A DNA stretch of 64,000 nt from Phoronis australis (taxonomy: Eukaryota > Animalia > Phoronida), in NCBI GenBank assembly GCA_002633005.1, contig NMRA01000186.1, positions 227,479 through 291,478 on the forward strand, given 5' to 3'. Position 1 is the first letter of the stretch; each line of letters starts with the position of its first letter. Positions 58,132 to 64,000 of the stretch are shown in pieces. The position numbers were made by a program, and so were the translations under genes. Below the pieces are notes generated by a model. That model had not been told where the DNA came from, did no database searches, and saw only the letters and a program-made list of their open reading frames with translations.

Positions 58132-59243
58132 TTAATAACCCCATATCATTGCAATACATGTTTCATTGCAATACATATTTCAATTGTTAATATTTACTTG
58201 TTGAATTATGGTTTGTCATCACCCCTCTACATGTGCTTTTTAGTTTTTCTCAATTCATGTCACGTTCATCTGTTCGTTTGGTCTAAACAAACTTTGCTCT
58301 TGGCTTGAACTACAAACTGGCATAATAGCAGTGTCATAGTCTTAGTAAGAGCAAATGAAGTAGCATTAATTTGGTGGTTATAGGCTGCCTTGCGTAGACG
58401 CAAGAATTAATCTGGCAATTAAAGCTAGTAAGATCACATGTTTCAGTTGTAGTGCATGACAATGTCTCACTAAGGCTTGTGTGATCTTGCGTTTTCGTGA
58501 GCGGATTGCTGCTACGGAATAGGCACCTGCTAGGCACCAACTCATTTTGAAACCCGCACCAAACTGTTTAAAAAAGCACCCACCTGTATCATTTTTAGCC
58601 AAGTTGTGTTTGTTTTGTTTCATAATGTTAATGACACCTCATTCATTACATAAAGGCTTTCCTAAGGAAAGAAGTGCGTGTTTGTGTCAGTCCTTGATTC
58701 TCAAAAAGCACAGACCACAGCAAACTGGTTTTTTGGCATAAAATAGCCTTATTGAAATTAAAATTAAGAATGGGCAGTCGTGTTAGCAAAGCTACAAACA
58801 TTTTGTGTGTTGAGTAGCATTATATTCTTCTAGCAGTAGGCTTCAACAAGATGGTAGTTCACAAAATGAGAATTTCCGGTAATTGTTCTGTTCCCCTCAT
58901 TGTCAATGTTTATTGGTTTTGTTGTTTTTTTATTGGTTTTCATTTCTCTGTCCAGTGCCGATAGTTCTCGCTCATATGTTAGACAAGAGTCCTCATCCAA
59001 GTCATGATGGTGCATCGTGTTACTTTATACTCAAGTTAGTATCGCGCCCATACTCTTGCTCTCTCTCTCTTTGGTTATGTCTACCTGGCTTTGTGTTCGC
59101 TTCTAGATGTACTAGTGGTTGTATGGGCAATGCGTACTTAGTTAATACTGCTTATTTTAATCTATATTAAATGTGCTATAAACGTATCTTTTATGAAAAG
59201 TTGATATAGATCTGTTATTTTATGGTTCTGAACATGTCTGAAT

Positions 59244-59696
59244 CAGGCCTTTATCCAGGATTTCAAAAATAGGGTGTCCAAAATGGGGTTCCCAATATTC
59301 CAGGGCATCCATGATTCTGACGCGTAACCCCCCACCCCAAGCAATCCCCCCAGACACACACATTTTTTTACAAAAAATGCATAGACCAAGATTTTTACAT
59401 TTAAGTTTACAAAACAGCCTTCTGTAGTGAACATTTTTACTAAAAAAACCTGTAGACCAAGACTTTACAATGCTATCAACCAAGTGCAGTGTATATTTTT
59501 TCCTACTTTGAAAAACAGCCCCCACTGTGAGCCTTCAGAGGCTTCCTAGTATTCAATACAATGTGTGAGTCCAAACGTGAAAGGTTCTTATTGACAGTGG
59601 GGGTCTAAATGATACATTGGGCATCTTTGCCAGGGCCTCCAGATTAGTGTTAGGGGTCCATTTGGACGCCCAGGACAAACGCTGCATAAAGGCCTG
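59244..59696. mobile_element. hAT MITE with 8-bp TSD
   Basis: TIR CAGGCCTTTATCCAG/CTGCATAAAGGCCTG; perfect TSD GTCTGAAT. Confidence 0.9.
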
Positions 59697-61118
59697 GTCT
59701 GAATATGTTTCTTACTGATATCAGAATTCCTGGACATCAGGAAAACTGGTTGGACTAGTTGGCCTAACCTAGTTGACCTGACCTAGTTGGTCATTTTATG
59801 TAGGGGTCAAGACATTGGGCAGTTCTTCTCAGACCCATGAATCACTTTTAATTGATGTAAAGAACTAGTTGAGCCCTCTTGACAGGGGCGCTGGTTTATA
59901 ACACATAGGCCTATTATATAGCAATCTTTCCATTATTCTACTTCTTTAAATGCATTGTAACTCTTACTAATCAACAAACATTTTGTAAGTGATTGCACAT
60001 AACAGACTTAGGCTTGTCTGATGCTGTGTCTGGCTATGTAAAGCTTGTGCTCAATGATACTAATCACAATCTCTAATACATAATTTTGCTTTGGCAGAAC
60101 ATTTAATGATGACAGGCATAATTGTGGGAACAGCTGTACACGGCATATTATAGTGTAGCTAAAGGTATGCAAACATGATGAAAACTGCTTGGTTGACGGG
60201 CTGTTATAATTTCTGCTAAAAGCACTGAGAGATAAGGGATAATTCTCAAAATTTGCACTTGGTGTAATTGAGGACATACTCTGTTTTTGTGAATTCATGA
60301 CAGTGACCAGCCTTGTCAGGGCATAATTATTATTAGATTGATCAATGGCGATGTAGTTGGTTGAAGTGGTGATGATTGGGGGGTGGGGGGGTGCTATACC
60401 ATATGAAGTGCTGGTAGTAACATACTGCCCAATTTGGGGGGGTATTTTACAATATAAAATAGTGTTGCTACAGGTGGTACTGTGGCTTTCTCGTGTTCTC
60501 TAAAAACTGTTACTAGCAGGGATGGGGGTTTTGTGGAAGTGGTATTGTCTCAGGCAGGGTTTTTCATCATTTGACATTGTCTTGGGTGTCTCATTACCAT
60601 AGGTAAATTATTGCACTTCCTGGTCTGCAGTTTGAATGTGCAGCATTCCCTATCATGGATGGGGAACCACGGTTGAGCACAAGTGTTAACGCACACCCTG
60701 GTGTCTGTTGGACAGTGAAGCACTTAGCAGTTGACTTCAGCATGTGCACTGCTTGTTTTCAGTGTATACTTAAATAAATCAGAAATCCTGGAGGTTACAA
60801 AACACCGATATGTAGGTCTCTGTTGTTCTCTCTCCCTCTGATTCTCTGTTTCTCTTCAACACCATTTATAGTCTGTGGAATGCATAACGGTGCAAGCAGC
60901 GTTGCTTTGCCGCAGTATTTCTCAGCATGAATCTGCACTTGGCGGTCTTCTGGTTTCTTCTTTAATTGTGTTTAATATCTGTTTATTGTCGGTATTACAG
61001 GCTTGCTAAAACAACCTTCTGGGTTTTATAACTAACGCTGTTGATAAACAGTAAGTGTACAGCTACTTGTCAAAGATACGAAGTAAGATGCCCTAGTCAC
61101 GGCTTAAAAACTAGTATT

Positions 61119-61386
61119 CATGTGCGCACCCAGCCTAAAAAAATGGGGGCTCGACTTTTTTAGCATGTGGACCTTTTACTAAGATTCACGGGGTACGTTT
61201 TGAGCTACGAATTGTGCATTCGCCAAATTTTGATAGCTCCTGTCTTTTTAGTGGACTTTTGTCTCGTTTCCTGTTTTTTTCGGAGTTTTTGTTTCTCTGA
61301 AGCAGACCTTTTTGCCCACTTCTCCAAATGGGGGAGTGAGGAAGGGCTCATTCGAGCCACCCAACCCTCCCTCGGGTGCGCGCATG
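61119..61386. mobile_element. MITE with CA..TG ends and 5-bp TSD (hAT5-like)
   Basis: TIR CATGTGCGCACCC/GGGTGCGCGCATG; GTATT on both sides; related degenerate copy at ~6479-6634. Confidence 0.75.
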
Positions 61387-62278
61387 GTATTTGAGCTCTC
61401 TCTCATGTCTTAACACTAACAGTAATAACAAATCAACTGATTATATGTAGTCTAACATGATTGTTGGACTGTTAGAACACAAGCATGTAGTGTAATGAGA
61501 TGAATTATACCAGACATTTGGGAAAGGTGAGCTTTCTACGGGTGGGTTCAGTTTGTCTCAACTATGATGTCATAAGGCAGGATCATGATGGTATGGCCTG
61601 CTCTACATATTGGCCGTAGTGAAGCTACATGTACTCATAGTTACTTAAGCTATTTGAGAATATTTTCTTGTCAAGTTTTATTATTTTAAGTGTGAAAAGT
61701 CCATGCACATTTTTGACTCGTTTTATGTAAATATGTTTTGTCTTGTTTTACAAGATGGTCTTTGTAAGAGCCATCTGATGCTCTCCATGTTGCATTGAAA
61801 GATCAGAATTTATTAAATTTATGTTCAAGATCGAAATATGGAGGTGGAATTGTGAAGTGTGTGGTTGATATTGCAGGTACTCATTGTCCCCCGCCGCGCA
61901 TAGTTGTGCACATAGTATTTGCTATTATTTAATTTTAAATATTCCATATGTCTGTGGGTTAAGCAGTGTTGGAGTGACATCTGAAATAGGAAACTTTACA
62001 TTTTTTTCATAATTCATACCAAGGTGGAGCTGGGTCATGTCCAGGTGCCAGTGATTATGGTGATTTTTTTCCAGGATTATATGAAGAAATTTAAGATTTT
62101 ATAGTTAAAGTGTTAGCGTAACATCTCAAGAAGAAAGCTTTACACTTTAATTGTATTTAACCAAGGTGTAGGGGGGCATCACTAGGTGCCATTCAATTTG
62201 GCGATCTTGACTATGTTTTCAAGATCCCAGTGAATAGTGTTGAATCTGCATCATGTGTTACATTCAAGTATATTTTAA

Positions 62279-62748
62279 GGTAACTGTGAACCTCCATTAC
62301 CAGGTTGTACTCATGTGCAAATATCTTAAATTCCGTTAGCTGTAACCCCTAAGTATATATTTTGTGAAAGGTTAATAAATCTAACAAAATTTATTATTCT
62401 TATGTCCTTATCTTTATTTTTTCACGAGATATGTGTTTTAGTAATTTTTTTACTTTGAACATAGATATTGAAAATATTGTTCCCTCGAAAATGCCGTTAT
62501 CAACATGTTGACAAAAGACCAATGTGATCGCTGGAACAATATTTTTAAAATCTTTTCAAAGTCAAAGAAATGTTTTTACTAAAAAAAATATCTTGTGAAA
62601 GAATGAAGACAAGTAAATAAGAATAATGAATTTTGTTAGGAAATTTATTCCCCTTTCAGAAAATATCTACTTTGTAAGAGTTGGACTAATGGAATTTAAG
62701 ATGTGTGCACACCTAAGTACAGTGTGGTAAACAAGGTTCACAGTTACC
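62279..62748. mobile_element. TTAA-type MITE (Kolobok-like)
   Basis: TTAA GGTAACTGTGAACCT ... AGGTTCACAGTTACC TTAT; further internal inverted similarity. Confidence 0.7.
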
Positions 62749-64000
62749 TTATTAAGCAAATTATTCTCGTTTAAAAGTTTTTTGGGAGTGTAATTGAACC
62801 CTCATTTTCAGATATGCTTGAAATAAAATGTTTCCGAGATGCTCATCTGGCTAAACATGGGCAATTCATTATGGCATAAATAAATGAAAAATGTAGGTTA
62901 AGAATTTGTGCACCGTAAGAAGGCGGGGGACAGTTGGGTAACACTGTGACAAATGCTTGTCGGGACGTTCATCATGTTTCTCAAATATCCCACGGAGTGT
63001 GCTTTGTATTAGCAGAGTCTGAAAAGAGACTTGTCAGGTCTTGAATTTGTTGAAATATCCGTTGATGCGATGTTTTTTGTGTCTCCATAGACTGCAGCAT
63101 CAACATGAATGATCTTTTGTTTTTGAAGGTAATTTTAACCTATTTCTGAAGTTGGTGCTAACTCTGACCTTGGGGAAAATTGTTATGACCTTGAGTAAAC
63201 ATTTAATATATTTTCACTGCCCCAAAGTGAATAATTCTTACCACACACAAGTTTTACTATATGTTGTTGATAAATTCAAGCATTGTACATAGTGCTTGTG
63301 GACTTAACCATGTACCATCTTACACTTAAATAGTGTAAGTTTGCGATAAATCCAATATACTGATGAAAAATTGTTCAGCTATACATTTTATGTTCGTGGC
63401 CCTGTGTCAGATGCTTTGATCCCGATTGTAATTTGCCGTCTTCTGTGCAGTGAAAATATTTTCTGTTGCAGGTGAGAGGTTTGCCTGGTGTGGCCGTGTA
63501 CCCAAAGTATCAATGATGTTAGCTATTAGTAATGCGCTGCTTGAAGATGGCAGAGTCAACGTCCTGTGTATTGGATTCATGTTTATTGTATGTCAGTGTA
63601 TCTTAAGACTTAACTTAATATATGTTGCAATGGATCACTTAACTTAGCTTACTATGATTATGTAGAGCCAGTGATGGATTGGGAGACTTTCATCTATAAT
63701 GCGTGCATGCAATTGAAGTTTTTTGTTACGTGTGCGTCTAACTGTAATACGCAGTGAATTCGAATGAGCGATGCCAAATTGTCTTGACCGTATTGGTTAC
63801 ATACTTTGCTACAGTCGTGTGTTTCTGTCGTTCAGGTAGTTGTTTGAAAGAAAGGCTCAGACACCCTGTTAGGGGTTGATTTGGGGGAAGATTTATGGAA
63901 AGTGAACAATTTGTGTGGGCGTGTATGTGTGCTCTGTAATATTTTATAAGCTTCAGTTTTGAGTTTCAAAAATTGTGTGCAATTAACGCTTCCACTAGCG

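Overview
Eukaryotic, intron-rich invertebrate DNA (lophotrochozoan-like; taxon not determinable from the sequence) with one 651-N gap. Two host genes lie head-to-head across a ~570-bp shared promoter region. One is a GH35 lysosomal beta-galactosidase (GLB1 ortholog, minus strand, exons 1-8 visible, 3' part beyond the left edge). The other is a complete kinesin-1 heavy chain (plus strand, 21 coding exons, ~967 aa). The most notable feature is an ~8-kb hAT-superfamily DNA transposon (15776-23806; imperfect TIRs, 7-bp TSD, hATw-like) in GLB1 intron 1, ~350 bp from exon 1. Its spliced ~1008-codon transposase ends in a Spindlin (Spin/Ssty) Tudor-like domain that retains the aromatic-cage positions, making it a candidate histone-methyl-reading transposase. 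It is preceded by a Ser-rich ORF and an array of duplicated small leader exons. Other points: tandem amplification of exon-end plus donor sites at three kinesin exons, a THAP-domain ORF in phase with the last kinesin donor, Penelope remnants with hammerhead-like cores, a GC-AG intron and many MITEs. All calls were made by eye; no searches were run.
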